Assembly: GCA_025201805.1 (NCBI GenBank)
Contig: MU619349.1
Coordinates: forward strand, 1 to 64,000
DNA: 64,000 nt
Source of the DNA: Parasitella parasitica NRRL 2501
Taxonomy: Eukaryota > Fungi > Mucoromycota
Direction: 5' to 3'
Shown: positions 1 to 13,643 of the stretch, piece by piece
Layout: each line of letters starts with the position of its first letter
Position numbering within the stretch: the stretch's first letter is position 1
The notes under the pieces: model-generated
The model's input: the letters and a program-made list of their open reading frames with translations, nothing else
What the model was told of the DNA's origin: nothing
Databases searched by the model: none
Made by a program: the position numbers and the translations under genes

Positions 1-1343
1 TTATGAGCAAATATGTGATATTCATGATAAATATTGAAAAACAAAACTGTTTTTGCAGATAACTTTTGATAGAGACATTGCCCAGTGGAACGCAAGATAT
101 GCTCAGATAGCGATGATCATGCCTGATTTTATGGCGCATGCGACAGTGTTTATTTTGGACTTTATCGAAGCCTATCATTGATTATATGCAATTCTGATAT
201 GTAAATTTGTGATATCATATGATAACTTTATATATATCAATAAAAACATGGATGCAAATGTTGTTGGCAGATAGCGCCAAGTCAATGCTAAGTTTTCCAA
301 GTTAGATCTCGGTTTTATTGTCATTTTAGCAGAAGTTATGAGCAAAAATTTGTAGGCTATGAAAATAACATATAACTTTTTGTAAATGTATTGTCTTTCA
401 AAGAAGGGTCATCGTATACAATTTTGTAAAATTCATTCGTCTAAGCACATATCTAGTATGAGGTTATTTACCTTAGGCTCTTTCATGAAAGTGATAGAAT
501 AATGCAGTGGCTCCAAATTTTGCTCTCTTCAAATTCAATATAACTGCTATGGCCACGGCTAGACATGACGATAAGTTTGCTTTGCTAAACATGGGTATTT
601 TTGGTGATGAAGATACCTGTAGCACTTTTAACATGATGCATTTGATTGGCACAAAGAGGCATCAAAGGAATAAAAATCTTTTGCAGATAAAAATCCTTGT
701 TGAACAATCCAGACGTATTGTTGTAATAACCAGTTTATAGTTATTCAATGAACGAGACTATTGCTTGTTAGGGTTATCATTATCAACGAGATAGGGTAGT
801 TATAGTGCACAGATGGTTTGGTGGATGGACGACTTACTGGTCAGTGATTTCATCTCAAAACCCTGCTGTTAATGCTATTCGTGGTGACTATTATTTTCAA
901 ATGTTTGTATTTGACACTGGCAAGCACATGTATCTCAAACCAATGTGTAACTTTATTACTGCGAACTGCTTTGAAAATCGATCCCAGAAAAAGGGAACTA
1001 GATGTATTCTCATTACGGATATAGAGTTAGTAGCGTTGCGTATACATCCAGCTAGTATTATTAGGGAAAAAGTTTTTGCTGCTCTTAATGAAAGGAGAAA
1101 TTGAATTTGGGAATGGAATCAAGCACCCGATGCTGCTTAGATGACGGAAATCATTCAAAAATTCCTTCAAAAAGTCTGAATCTAGACTACAAAAGAACTA
1201 TAGCCTCCCTATATTGCGAGAATGATTCTCTCTCTCCTAGTTCATACGGCAAATCAAAAATATTCCCCCCCGATAAGTTTTAAAATCTACGAAAGGCTCT
1301 TTTGACAAACGTCTTTTCTTCTTGTAAACTTTATTGAGTGAGT

Positions 1344-3598
1344 ATGTCGAGTCCACTTCCAGTGAATGCAAAAAGAGGATCACGAGACTCTCCTGACAAC
1401 GCATCGTCGCATATCAATGAAAATGTCCTAGCAGGCTCGTTTGATCGAGCAGAATCAACAGCAAGACTAAGCTCTTCCCCCATGCCGCCGCACAACCTTG
1501 GCACTTCGCCTGCTCAAAGTACTCATTCGACCAACTATGGCACAAACAACAACGACTTTCTGTCTGTTAATAGGCCCCACTCTCCTTTTCGTGATAATCA
1601 CTCTGTCGATATGCCTGACGAGGAAGTTGCCAGAGCCGTCAAACGTCATTTAGTGTCCACTTCTCCCTCTGGCTCATTTTCTTCTCAGCAATACCTCAAT
1701 ACCTCATCTCCTCGTCGTAGCGTTGCTAGCCGTCATAGCCATCGCGGAAGAGATAGTGACGATGACGATGATGAGCATATATCAAACGTCCACCAGCTGC
1801 CAGGCGGTGCTATTACCCATGACATTTATAAATGGACCGAAGATCAAGAACGCAAATCCAAGATGAAGCGATCTAAATCAGTAATGGTTGCGCGTCATGA
1901 GCCTTCGGATCCTGCTTTGGTGAACCTCAAAGATCCAGGAGGGTTCAGACGCCATTATATTATCGATCGTGCTGCCAAGAAAGGGAGGAAACCGCCTGGC
2001 TGGATCACGCATTCGTTTGTCGACTTTTTAGCCATGTATGGACATTTTGGTGGTGAAGATTTGAGCGATGATGAAGGCATGAGCAGCGACGACGAAGAGG
2101 ATCTGGCGGAAGGATCAGATGAGCGCACTGCTTTGCTTCGTCAAGCAAGGGCAAATGCTGTGGAAGGAACGGCTACACCAACCAAAGCAGTGTTTCTGTT
2201 GCTAAAATCTTTTATCGGAACAGGTACACATGCACAATCGAAATGTATATTTTAGAGTAACCAACGATTTTTGTTGTTTAGGCGTGATGTTTCTACCCAA
2301 GGCGTAAGTATATATTTATATAGTTTTGATGATGAGGAGAAGGATCGGCACCATGTTGAATTGAGTGAGATATTAAAGCAATTAAATCTAGATTTTATAA
2401 CGGTGGCTTACTATTCTCCACCCTTTTCTTGTCATTTATTGCGGGCGTTTCACTCTACTGCTTCCTGTTGCTAGTCAAGACTCGCTCTGTCGTACCTGCT
2501 TCCTTTGCTGACATTGGAGGTGTATTATTTGGAAGACATATGAGGATGCTTGTCCTTATTGCCATTGCAACTTCCCAGGTAAGGCAGACTATATGATAAT
2601 AAACGGAAGACATGTCGTCATGGTGATTCTAATTTGTACAACACTGACAGATTGGGTTTGTGTGTGCTTACATGGTATTTGTAGCTCAAAATCTTCAAGC
2701 ATTGGTGGAAGCCGTATCTCACTGTGAAACAGATGTTCCCCTTCATCATCTCATTTTGGTCCAGATCGCCGTTTTCGTGCCATTGGCTATGATACGAAAG
2801 ATCCAAAAACTTTCTGTTTTCGCCTTGATTGCCGACGCTTTTATTTTGATCGGTTTGGTTTATTTATACTATTATGATTTCTTTTTATTGGCAGTGGAAG
2901 GCATTGGAAAGGTTGAATGGTTTGTCAATACATCTTCATTCCCTTTGTTTATTGGAACAGCCGTCTTTACATTTGAGGGCGTCGGATTGATTATCCCTAT
3001 CACAGAGTCCATGAAGGAACCCAAGAAATTCCCAAAGGTACTGTCGTGGACCATGTTGTTTATCACACTCCTGTTCATTTCGATTGGTCTTTTCTCCTAC
3101 CTCGCCTTTGGTGACAAGGTCCAGACTGTCATCTTGCTGAATTTGCCGGTATCCCCTCTTGTAAACATAATTCAAGGTTTGTATGCTATGGGCATTTGTT
3201 TATCTATTCCCTTGCAACTGTTCCCTGCCATTCGTATCGTGGAAACTGGCCTTTTTTCCAAGTCTGGCAAACACAATCCAATCGTCAAGTGGCAAAAGAA
3301 CATGTTTAGATTTGCAGGTGTCTTGTTCAGTGCCTTGGTAGCAATCTTGGGCTCTGCTGATTTGGACAAGTTTGTCTCTTTGATTGGATCTCTTTTCTGT
3401 ATCCCTCTGTGCTTCTTGTTCCCTCCTCTTTTCCATCTGAAGGCTTGCGCAAAGGATTGGAAACACAGAACAATTGATGTTTGTATCATCACTTTTGGCG
3501 TTGTTTGTATGCTTTATACTACTTATGTAACCATTGGTCTTTGGACGCAAGAGGGAGAGCCAGCTGCCCCCATCTCCCGTTGCACTCCTCGTAATTAG
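1344..3598 (+). CDS. Vacuolar amino-acid transporter, AVT3/AVT4-like (Aa_trans family); 4 exons
   Basis: Long Ser-rich N-terminus with PGGFRRHY and LAMYGHFGGEDL motifs, then LLLKSFIGTG|VMFLP across an intron. The hydrophobic last exon has FIGTAVFTFEGVGLIIPI and DLDKFVSLIGS. GT-AG introns at about 2224-2281, 2304-2391 and 2579-2650. Confidence 0.9.
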
Positions 3599-3787
3599 TA
3601 TGTAGCTTATAGATTATTCGTATTTGCTTATACCTATTTTCCGTTGTCATGCATTTCTATCGCGATTTTTTTGGCTTATATTTGCTCCACTGTATAAAAT
3701 CACTTTTACAACTATATTGGGTGGACAAGATTTAGATTATCGTACACCATAACGAAATAAATATACAAATTCTCTATTTATTAAAAT

Positions 3788-5244
3788 CTAAGCGGGAAGT
3801 TTGGGTGGGAGTTCTCTGCCAGCTTTGGCCCATTCTTTTAAAACTTCGCCAGGCTCGCCTAATACTTCAATTGCACGAGTACGGCGTGTGTGTTCATGAT
3901 CACAGCTAACGCCCTTTTTACCAATAACTACACGATGGGATGATGCATCCATGTCTTTCTCGCCTTGCTTTGTAAAAACACGTACGCCATCTACTAATAC
4001 AGGCCCAGCTGGATGATAGTGTTCTGTTGTAGAATTCATAAATTCATGTACGGTATCGTAACATTGCAGTCGAGCACAGGTGTTCAGAAACTGTGAGGCA
4101 CAACTAGGACAGCACAGCATTAGAATATTACAGGATGCGTGGGAGCAGTTCTGGTATCTATTGCAAGGTTGGCCACATAATTGACATTTGCCGAGCAGTT
4201 CGTCTGTAATCTTTTCGCCCATACGAGCATCAAATGTAAAGTTTTTACCTCGGAAAAGCGATTCTTTATCCTTCTGATCTGCTATCCAGCGCCCATATGC
4301 GGTGATTCCGCCTTCCACTAAATGAACTGTATCAAATCCTGATGCTGACTGTAGAATAGCACCGGCTTTTGTACAGCGGATGCCACCAGTACAATACATG
4401 AAGATTTCTTGGTCACGAGGGAGGCTATCACATATATCATTCATGGCCGTGATGCTATCTTTGTAGGTATCCGCATCTGGACAAATGGCACCGTCAAAGA
4501 AACCGATATTGCTCTCATAATGGTTGCGCATGTCGATCAAGACAGGCTTTTTGCCATGCATTTCTTCATAGGTGGCCAGCTTTTCATGCCATTCAGCAGG
4601 AGATAGATGAGATGGTACATTATTAAGGTCGTAAGTAAGTGGATTCAATCCATCTGCAATCAGCTACAGCATACGATGTTACTTTTTTCTTCATTTCATC
4701 TTTCAGTTGTGAATTTAATGTTTACCTGTTTGCGGATACGGACATGAAGGGCTCTGAAGGATCGTTTACCATGTTCGGTACCAATATTGAGGTCCATCAA
4801 GTCGCCATTAAACATGGGTTTCAAGTAGTCATCGTGATAAGCTTGTAATTTGGGCAAACACTCTTCAGGGCAAGCAATTTGAGCATTGATGCCCTCTGTT
4901 GAGATATAGATACGGCCCACAATGCCCAGTTCACCGAAATCGGCCAAAAGCTTCTCTTTGAGAGCCTCCAAATCGGGTTTAGTCATAGGGTGAAATTTAT
5001 AGAAAGCAAGAGTTTTGTAAGTACTGGAGTCGTAGTTCTCGATTTTAGAGACTGGGAAGTTTCTTTCCAAGGCACTAGTGGTCGAAAAAGTACTACTAGA
5101 TTGTATGTTTGGATTTTCGCTGGCAGCTTGCATACTATGTAAAAGAATTGATGGCGTTAAAGCTTTAGGGAATGCAGTGAGTGTTTTGGTGGTGATAGTT
5201 TTGCGTAACAAGGCACTCTGTTGGCTGAATAAACGACGAAACAT
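3788..5244 (-). CDS. UPF0176 / TrhO(YceA)-like rhodanese-domain protein with putative mitochondrial presequence; 2 exons
   Basis: Motifs TLAFYKF, GRIYISTEGINAQ, RKQ|LIADG (intron 4664-4725), IDMRNHYE, YCTGGIRCTKA, GKNFTFDARMGE and a Cys-rich C-terminal cluster. The ATG at 5244 starts MFRRLFSQQSALLRKT (R/S/L/T-rich, no acidic residues). Confidence 0.85.
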
Positions 5245-6070
5245 GTTGAGAGCAAGCTTTTTCTCGAAAATGGCCCTGGCTTGGCTTAATGCATTTGTGT
5301 CAGACCATGTTTTATTCGAGTCACAAAGCCCTACTGTATTGTCTGATGCATGTTTAGTGAGGCCTTCTTGACAGCTGTGGATATGGACAGCCAAGGAATT
5401 AAAAGCATTATTTGGAGTCTTTAAATTTTTATAAAATCAAATGAAAATATACGGTTTTCGAAATGTTTAAATGAATAAAAGGAAAATTGATGGAATCGAT
5501 TGAGAATGTAATACGACTTCTAGTGTAATAAGTTGATCACACAGCTATCATAGCAAACCAAAAAATACACTCGGGGAGCGGCACACAAAGAAATGATAAA
5601 AAATTCATTTCATGACAGAAATCATATATTGAGACAGAAAGGGAATAAAAGGCTAAACCTACAGAGAGGAGCTCTACGACTATTGTCGTTAACAGATGCA
5701 ATGAGGAGTGCGCACAGACAAGAAAGATTATTTCCATAATATGTACCGCTGCTGTATTAATATGTGGCGCTGTTGACATAAATAAGCTAAAGAAAGCAGC
5801 ACAGACAATCAATACCATATCATTGGAAAGTTCGACGAGTCTAACGGTAACCTGAAGACGTTCTTGGTCGCTGACAACTTCTTGTTGGCTTATGATGACA
5901 TTTTTTTGGGTCTCAACATCACAGAAATAAGAGAGGCCGCCCATTAAACGGTAAATCAAAAAGACATTATCAGAAATCGGGTAGACCCAAAAAAGACTTT
6001 ATAAACCAAGGAACCCTAAATGGATTTGTCGAGAAGAATCCTGCCAACGCTGTATATGAAATTTACAGCT

Positions 6071-6441
6071 TCAAAGCCTCGTGCAAGAAAAATCATTGAT
6101 CTACAAGAGTGTGTGTTTTCTGATATGAAAATGACAGATCGGAAACTGACATGTTTCTTCATTGATATAGTTGCTTTTAACTCATGAGTATGAGATACAG
6201 ATGCTTGGGCCCCAAGGGATCTCATGCATGAATGGCTTCGATGATTGCATTGCTAAGCAACTAGATTAACGTATCCAAGCTGATTTTCCCGCTACTTTTA
6301 CCTACATCCGGCCTCTCCAAGCAGCTTATCAAATTGATGAGATCTGCCTTCCAGCATGGCGTGGGCCCTGATCGTCTTTCTGAGAGTGCTTCATTTCGAA
6401 AAACTCCATGAATTGCAACTGCAGTATTATGTATCTATAAA
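6071..6441 (+). pseudogene. Degenerate remnant of a DUF6729-like fungal domain (probably TE-related)
   Basis: Translation across stops and frameshifts gives KPRARKIIDLQE..CF*LMSMRYRC..MNGFDDCIAKQLD*RIQADFPATFTY/SGLSKQLIKLMRSAFQHGVGPDRLS/RVLHFEKLHELQLQYY. This matches the pattern I recall for the family (PR.VID...Y.C...FPA..T..SG.SK....MR..FQ.G.G...H...ELQLQY). Confidence 0.6.
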
Positions 6442-6960
6442 CAAGGCTTTTAGGCAAAAAAGCTATTTATGGTCATTTATTACCAGAAGCCTTCATAAAA
6501 TTTTGGCCATATATCTCTTCAAACGAGAGTAGGCAGTTTCCTTGAGGATTATAAATAATAACATTGGTTAAATTTTGCTTCAAGTACCACTGAACGCAAG
6601 GCAGCCTAATTGGAACGAGTGAAAAATGTGTCAAAGCTTTATTAAATTTATGGGTGTAACTCGACAATGAAAATATACCTCGTCTATTCAACCAGCGCAT
6701 CTTTTGGATGATTTTCCCACTAGAAAACCCAATCAACAGTTTATAAGCTTTTGGCTGCTATATTTGTCCGAACTTACCCGTCGATTCCCTTTAGAGGACT
6801 TGAGGCATTGCCTTTGCAAGATCCTGTAATACTGCATAACGTTCAGAAATAACCATCGTTCGGAATAGCAAAAAATCTATATAAATACTAAGGTCCTTTT
6901 TTGATTCATCCTCATCTTTTTCTTTCTTACATTTCAAAACAACACAACATTTTATATATC

Positions 6961-8282
6961 ATGAGCCAATCTAAGAAAGGTGTTTTTTCTGTATTCAAGC
7001 AAGAGGGCAACAGTAGACAAGCTCCATTTTACTGTCGCTGGACTGAGGAAGAAGATAAGCTTCTGTTCGAGGCTGTCGATATGCATGGCCCTCATAAATG
7101 GTCTCTTATTGCTCGCCACATTCCCGGTCGCACACCAGTTCAATGCTCAACTCGATGGTTGGGTGCTCTAAAGTAAGAAAGAAAGAAAAAAATGCTTTAC
7201 ACGCCTTTTTTATATGCTTATTGACCCTTCTGTATAGTCCACATGTACATAAAGGTCGTTGGTCAAAGGAAGAAGATGAAGCTTTAACAGCTGCCGTTAG
7301 GCCTCACTTGAATGATGCATCAATGACTGAAGACAACTTACCATGGAGCCGCATTGCACAATACATTCCCAACCGTACTGGTATCCAATGTCAGGCACGC
7401 TGGACTGAAGCCTTGGATCCCTCTGTAAGAAAAGGGCGTTGGAGAAAGGAAGAAGATGATATGCTCAAGGTTGGAGTTGAAAGATTTGGCTGTTGTTGGA
7501 TTCGAGTTGCAGGATCAATTCCGGGTAGAACACAGCGTCAATGTAGAACAAGATGGAACCAAATTCAATCAAAGAGACAGAAATCTCAAGACGATTTAAC
7601 AAAACCAGTTGCTATCAAGAAGCAGCCTCAAAAAAAGAAAAAGCGTGCAGATGGTGATGTTGTACAATGGAAGCCTTCTTGCCAGCAAAAGACTGTCAAT
7701 GCTCTATCCGCTACCCCTATTCAATTGGCTGTGCCAGATCAAACACCTTATATTTTACTGAGCAAGCAGCAGCAAGCTATTGTCATTCCCTCCGAGATTT
7801 TGTCCCCTCTCCAGTCTCCTGCTTCCTTTTCATCATCCTCATCCTCGTCTTTGGGGGAGGAAGAAGCTGCTGATTATTTCTGTACTTCTCCTGCTTTGAC
7901 ATGTTCTTCAAGCGACACATTTGTTTCGTCCAACAAGCAATTCTATACTTCCTCCACCTTGACAGCTGCGGATGCTGCTTCTCTTTTGGATGATTTCGAT
8001 TCGTCATTCACTAATTATGCAACCGAGAAAACTGATGATAGCGCAAACCACGAAGCTCTATTCAATTCTTTATTCTCAAATGAACTCTTGAACCAATTTG
8101 ACCCTGATTTACCGTCGCTTATGTTGCTCGATGTTCCTTTTGGTCATAATCAGACACAACAAGAGCAACAGCAACAACAGCAATCTCAAAATACCACAGT
8201 TTCTTTGGAAAATTTACTGCTGGGTTCTGAATTATTCTTGAACTACAGCCCTTCTACAGAAGCAACCATTTTGTCTGCCTAA
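6961..8282 (+). CDS. Myb-domain transcription factor with three Myb repeats; 2 exons
   Basis: Repeats RWTEEED..W..IA..IPGRT..QC..RW, RWSKEED..W..IA..IPNRT..QC..RW and RWRKEED..W..VA..IPGRT..QC..RW. Intron about 7172-7237. Basic patch KKKKR and an acidic/Ser/Gln-rich C-terminus. Confidence 0.9.
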
Positions 8283-9673
8283 ATCCCTTATTCTATCATC
8301 TACTGTAATATATATTTTTCCCCCGTTTTCTCATGTACATGCAATTTTGTAAAAATATTATAATAAACTAAGCAATATTCTTTAATACAAACTTTGGTTA
8401 ATGTCGGCTGTTGCGTAGATTATTATAGTGTTCCAAGCAGTAAAGTCATTTGAGCAATTACAGTTGTATATTTGTACTACACCAATGCTCTATATTTCTT
8501 TCATTTTCCCCACATTTTCTACTGCCTCTAAATTTGGGAATTAAAAAAGCTAGCAATTTCCCACCACAATGTTGTATATTGGGGTCAATAAAAACTTGCG
8601 AGTCCATGACCAAAAGAAATGTGTGGGCAATTGTCCCTACATACAAATTATACCGAGATCTCTATAAAAACTCAAAACTAAACCCAAAATAAAGATACAG
8701 TTCAAATACGTTTGTGATACATAATAGTTCAATACTAATATTTGTATCGGAATAGCGTGTTGCACTGATATAGGTAGAGCCAAGTATATATTGATGTTAC
8801 AGCTGTATATTTGATTAAATCTGTATACCAATGGGACGATAAACTTTTAAAATGCATATAAAAAATATCTAATATAACAAATTAGGCTCTTTCTTTGTTC
8901 ATTTAGAGAATATCCAGTGATAATCATCGATAGTCTATCATACAATCTGAAAAAAAATACCATAGAGTATAAGCAAACACAAATGTTCTTTAATTAGAAG
9001 GAGTTTCTTGAGCCACAATTTGTTTGTTTGTATTGATGCCAAATATACATTTTCAAATCGTGAGAAACATGTCCTTGTGGAGTGGGTGTGTGAGCGATCA
9101 CCCATTTTATACGAAACGAATCCCTGGTTCTACAAGATTTGCTATATTTCACCATGTTTTGTATAATAATAAATATTATATAGACATTGTTACCACATGC
9201 ATCACCAAAAACCTGAAATGCCATGTCCTTGTAACCAAATTATACCGCACATTACAATACTATCGGATTGAATGATCACACAGACATGTTCCCCACAAAA
9301 GTAATTGTCGTTTTCTCGATTATACCTGAGCTCCAGAACAATAGGTGTATAATCGCTTTATGTACATGTTTCACTATTGTCAGGTTGGATTGAAATAGCA
9401 CTATTATCAGCAATAACAAGCAGTGAATTGAGTTCTTTTTCCATGTATACTAAAGCTTTTTTCTACGATACGGACAATACCAACGTATATTGTATTATCA
9501 GAAGATGCAAAATTGAAAAATCAGTGCTGCTTACTAGTATAGAGCACAGTTCTCAGTATGTTTGTTGCAAACATATCTCATTTGTTTGTCATTCAATGAA
9601 ATTTTCCACAATAAACAAAAATGAGCAGAGTATATGAAAATGTCATTTTTCTTTCCTTGAAATACTTTCCATC

Positions 9674-11565
9674 ATGACAATTGTCGACCCTCGAATAAAA
9701 GAGAATCCTGAATTTTACAAATCAATTAACAGCAGATCAAGGAAATCGAGTGACCTAACCTTATTTGACGATGGATCCGAATTAGTGGTTGTGATATCAG
9801 AGGAAGAAGTTGTAGAAGAAGGAGGAAACGGCGATCATTCTCAAATTGAAAAGAATCCAGTAGAAGATTATTCTATTAAAGTATATATTTCATTTGTATT
9901 TATTTATGCATCCACTAATCCAACATAGAACAAGATTTCCAGGAGAAAGAAATGGTTTATTTTATCAATCGTAGCTCTTCAGGGATTCATAGGGCCATTG
10001 ACAAGCTCTATCTACGTAATTGGAAAAGTATATGGAGCAATACAGGATAGTTATTGATAGGCGTATATATAGGTGCCAGCAATTGCACAAGTAAGAGAAT
10101 CGTTTGGTGCTACAACGACGTCGATCAACGCTACTATTTCATTGTATGTTTTTGTTATGGGGTTCGCTGTATGTGTGATAATTTAAAAATACACTTAGTA
10201 TACTAACACCATTTTTATCTAGCCATTGCTCTGGGCATCTCTCTCGGAGAGACATGGGCGCCGTGCTGTATACTTGTTGTCCTCACTTTTGTATGTGATG
10301 ACTACAATAGGCTGCGCATTATCTGATAGAGTTAGCCTCTTTATTGCTTTACGCGCATTCCAAGCTATTGGAGCAAGTGCTTCACAAGCTGTAGGGGCAG
10401 GGTACTTACGTGAACTATGCCTCGCAGAATCTTTGAATACTAATTTCGTCAATGTATGTATTTAGAACTATTACAGATTTGTTTGAGGTACATGAACGAG
10501 GAAATGCAATGGGGTTGTTTCTCCTTGGAGCTCTCATAGGACCAGTATTGGGACCAATTCTGGGAGGATTCATTAACGAATGTGGGTGATATATAAGAGT
10601 TTATCTGCAGATAGATGCTAATTATTTTGTACTAGTTATGAGCTGGCGATATATTTTTTGGCTATTGGCAGCGCTGGGTGGGATCACTTTCATCTTAATA
10701 TTATTCTTCTTGCCAGAGACATCATCCATGATACTCAAGAGACGCGCAGAAAACTTGAAAATAAAGAAAGACACAAAATACACCAAACACTATCCAGAGA
10801 AAACCTCTCATTTCAAGCTAAAGAACGAAGAAAAAGCTTCAACAAGTATGTTGCGACCATTTAAACTAATTGTGAAACCTGTAGTCATTCTGTCAACAAC
10901 GCCTTATTCGATTGCATACGGATTTATGTATTTTGTTATTGCGAGTCTGCCTCATCAATTACAGTCGCAATACAATCTTTCAAGCTATCAGATAGGGCTA
11001 TCTTATCTTGCTAATGGTATAGGGAATGCAATGGGCGCCTTCTTTTCTGGCAAATTAGCAGACAGGGCACTTGAAAAATCAGCAGATCATCTCCTGGAGG
11101 CGAGATTATCGCCCATGTGGTTCGGCATCTTTTTGCTGCCAGTTGGACAATTAATATATGGATGGTGCGTACAACTTCAAATACACATTGCGGCAACTCT
11201 GACTGGTTTATTCCTACGTAAGTAGACAAATGTGTTGCAATACATAGCCTTTGCAGCATCTAATACGCATCCATGAAGTGGGTTTGGGTGTAGGTGTTGT
11301 ACAAACTCCAGCTAATACGTATGTCGTGGACTCATACCAAAAGCACTCAGCATCTGTGATGGGTGCGGCCAACTTGATGCGATGTATTTCAGCAGGATGT
11401 ACACCATTGGTTGCGCCCACATTGATTGATAACATAGGAAATGGTTGGTCATTGACTATCTTGGCTGTCATTAGTTTGTTGAGTGGAACGTGTATATTCC
11501 TTGTCCAAAGATATGGCCAACATTGGAGAGAGCAATTTAATCATAAGAAGCAGAATGCATCGTAG
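9674..11565 (+). CDS. MFS drug:H+ antiporter (DHA1, QDR-like); about 7 exons
   Basis: Motifs LTSSIY|VPA, PLLWASLSERHGRRAVY, ALRAFQAIG, ERGNAMG, GPVLGPILGG, SWRYIFW, LPET and YVVDSY, separated by short GT-AG introns. Confidence 0.88.
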
Positions 11566-11977
11566 ACGATCGTATCTACATGTCTAATAAATACTATTAT
11601 TATTATTTCAAGCATTGAATAGATTCCACTTATGTAATATTATTGATGTACTATGCTCCATCGAATCAGGCCTTTATTTGTTTATACCGAGTTTAATGTT
11701 TGTTTTATGTCGGAGTAAATGTTTGTTCGCGGCGATACAGCTTCCCTTAGTGCAGCTGTAAAGGCGCTAAAGAGAAATCCGAGCTTGTTTTCATCAAGCT
11801 TGATGAATCGCATTGTGAAATAAGGGATATCTCACCGTAATCACAATGATCCATCAGAAAACTCACAAAAAAAGAGACGAAACCTTTCATCGAGATGTCT
11901 TAAAGTGAAGGAACCATTATAAATAATCGAGGCTTTTCTGCGTTTTTCGAATCATCTTCAACTATCCACATAATATA

Positions 11978-13494
11978 ATGAAATCTCTCTTGTCATTGTC
12001 CATTGCTTGCATCTACATAGGCTCTAACCTGGCAAATGCATTGGTGGTGAGGGAAGAGATTCTCGGTGGAATTGAAAGCCATTTTCCTACTCATATTGTG
12101 AAATTGAAGGCAAGCAATGTCCAAAACATTAGCAGTAAGTTTACAAGTTCAGCCTTGGGTTTTATTCATAACTTGATATATCCTGACAGATTTTGAGTCT
12201 ACTGAATTCATCAACAATCATTACAGCACATTTCAAACATTGCGCGGCTCGCTTCAAGGCAAATTTACTATTAAAGGGGCGAGTTTTAATGCAGAGTCTG
12301 AAGATTTAGAACCTAAAGCCGTCAAAAACATTGATATTGGCAATGGATTCAAAGCTGTTGTGGGCTCCTTCAACCCATCTTTTGTTAGCTATCTTAGCCA
12401 ACTGGAAGATGTCGAATACGTGGAGACAAATCAAATCTACAAGGCAGCTATTTTACCAGCCACTGCGAAACCACAGCCTCATGTATCGAGTCAATCAGCA
12501 TCAAAGAGCAAACGAAATATTATCACCCAAATGAATGTTCCGAGCTGGGGCCTAGCTCGAATTAATCGTCGTGACAAAGATGACATGACAACGTATTCTG
12601 TGGATGAAGCTGCTGGGTGAGCAACCTTATTTACTGCTGCGTGCTCACTAACGTTAACCTGATGATCATGTAGTGGTGGCGTCCATGTTTATGTGTTTGA
12701 TTCGGGTATCAATGTGAACCATCCTGATTTTGGCGGTCGTGCTAGCATGGAGGCCAGCTTTATTGACTACGAAGATGATGTCGACTATGCTGGTCATGGT
12801 AAGCTATGATTCACTTATTACACGCCCGGGTAGCCCTAAACTTAAAAACCGTGCACTAGGAACCCATGTAGCTGGCACTATTGGTGGGAACACTTACGGC
12901 GTTGCCAAGAACGCAATAATACATGGCGTCAAAATTTTGGATCGTAATGGTGATGGCACTACCTCCGCTTTAATTCAAGCTATTTCGCACATCACGCAGG
13001 TGGCTGTTCCTGGTCGTAGCATCATCAACCTATCATTGACGGGACCACGCTCGCAAACAATTGACGATGCCCTATCTATGGCTGTTCGACAGCACGGTAT
13101 TCCCATCTTTGTATCGGCTGGCAATAGTGGAGACAATGCTTGCGATTACTCACCATCAGCCAACCCAGACGTGTTCACAGTCGGAGCATCTAATCAAAAC
13201 GACATGATTCCGAGCTTTTCTTCCTACGGCGAGTGTGTGCGTATTTATGCACCTGGAACAAACATTACAAGTAGCTGGCTAGGCAATGAAAGTCAAACCA
13301 TGGACGGCACAAGCATGGCCAACCCTCATGTGACAGGTATTGCGGCGATGCTGATGAGTGAATACGAATTCCACTCGGCCAGCGAACTCTATGAAGCCAT
13401 TATGAACATTGCAACAGAAAATGTCTTGACTTCTGCATTAGACGATGAAGGATCCGATAAACTGTTGGCCTACAACGGCCCCGAACGTTTTTAA
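11978..13494 (+). CDS. Secreted subtilisin-like serine protease (S8, proteinase K subfamily) with I9 propeptide; 4 exons
   Basis: Signal peptide MKSLLSLSIACIYIG, propeptide VEYVE, SWGLARI, catalytic triad motifs VFDSG, HG|THVAG and GTSMANPHV, oxyanion motif SAGNSG. Confidence 0.92.
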
Positions 13495-13643
13495 AATAAA
13501 ATGTTGTAATCATGATGGGCGAATGATTTAATGCCATAAATTCTCCAGATTTGTGTGCGCGGATAAATACTGCGTTTCCATAAATTCATATGCCTTTGCC
13601 CACTCTTTTCCTCTTCTTTGTAAAAATAAAAAAAAAAAATACA

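Noticed and set aside
507-1283. Three short ORFs upstream of the AVT gene
   Set aside because: Non-ATG starts, no recognisable motifs and no splicing pattern; probably chance ORFs or unidentifiable decay.
9068-9232. 11-bp direct repeat CATGTCCTTGT, 154 bp apart
   Set aside because: Only two copies and no array or element structure; not CRISPR-like.
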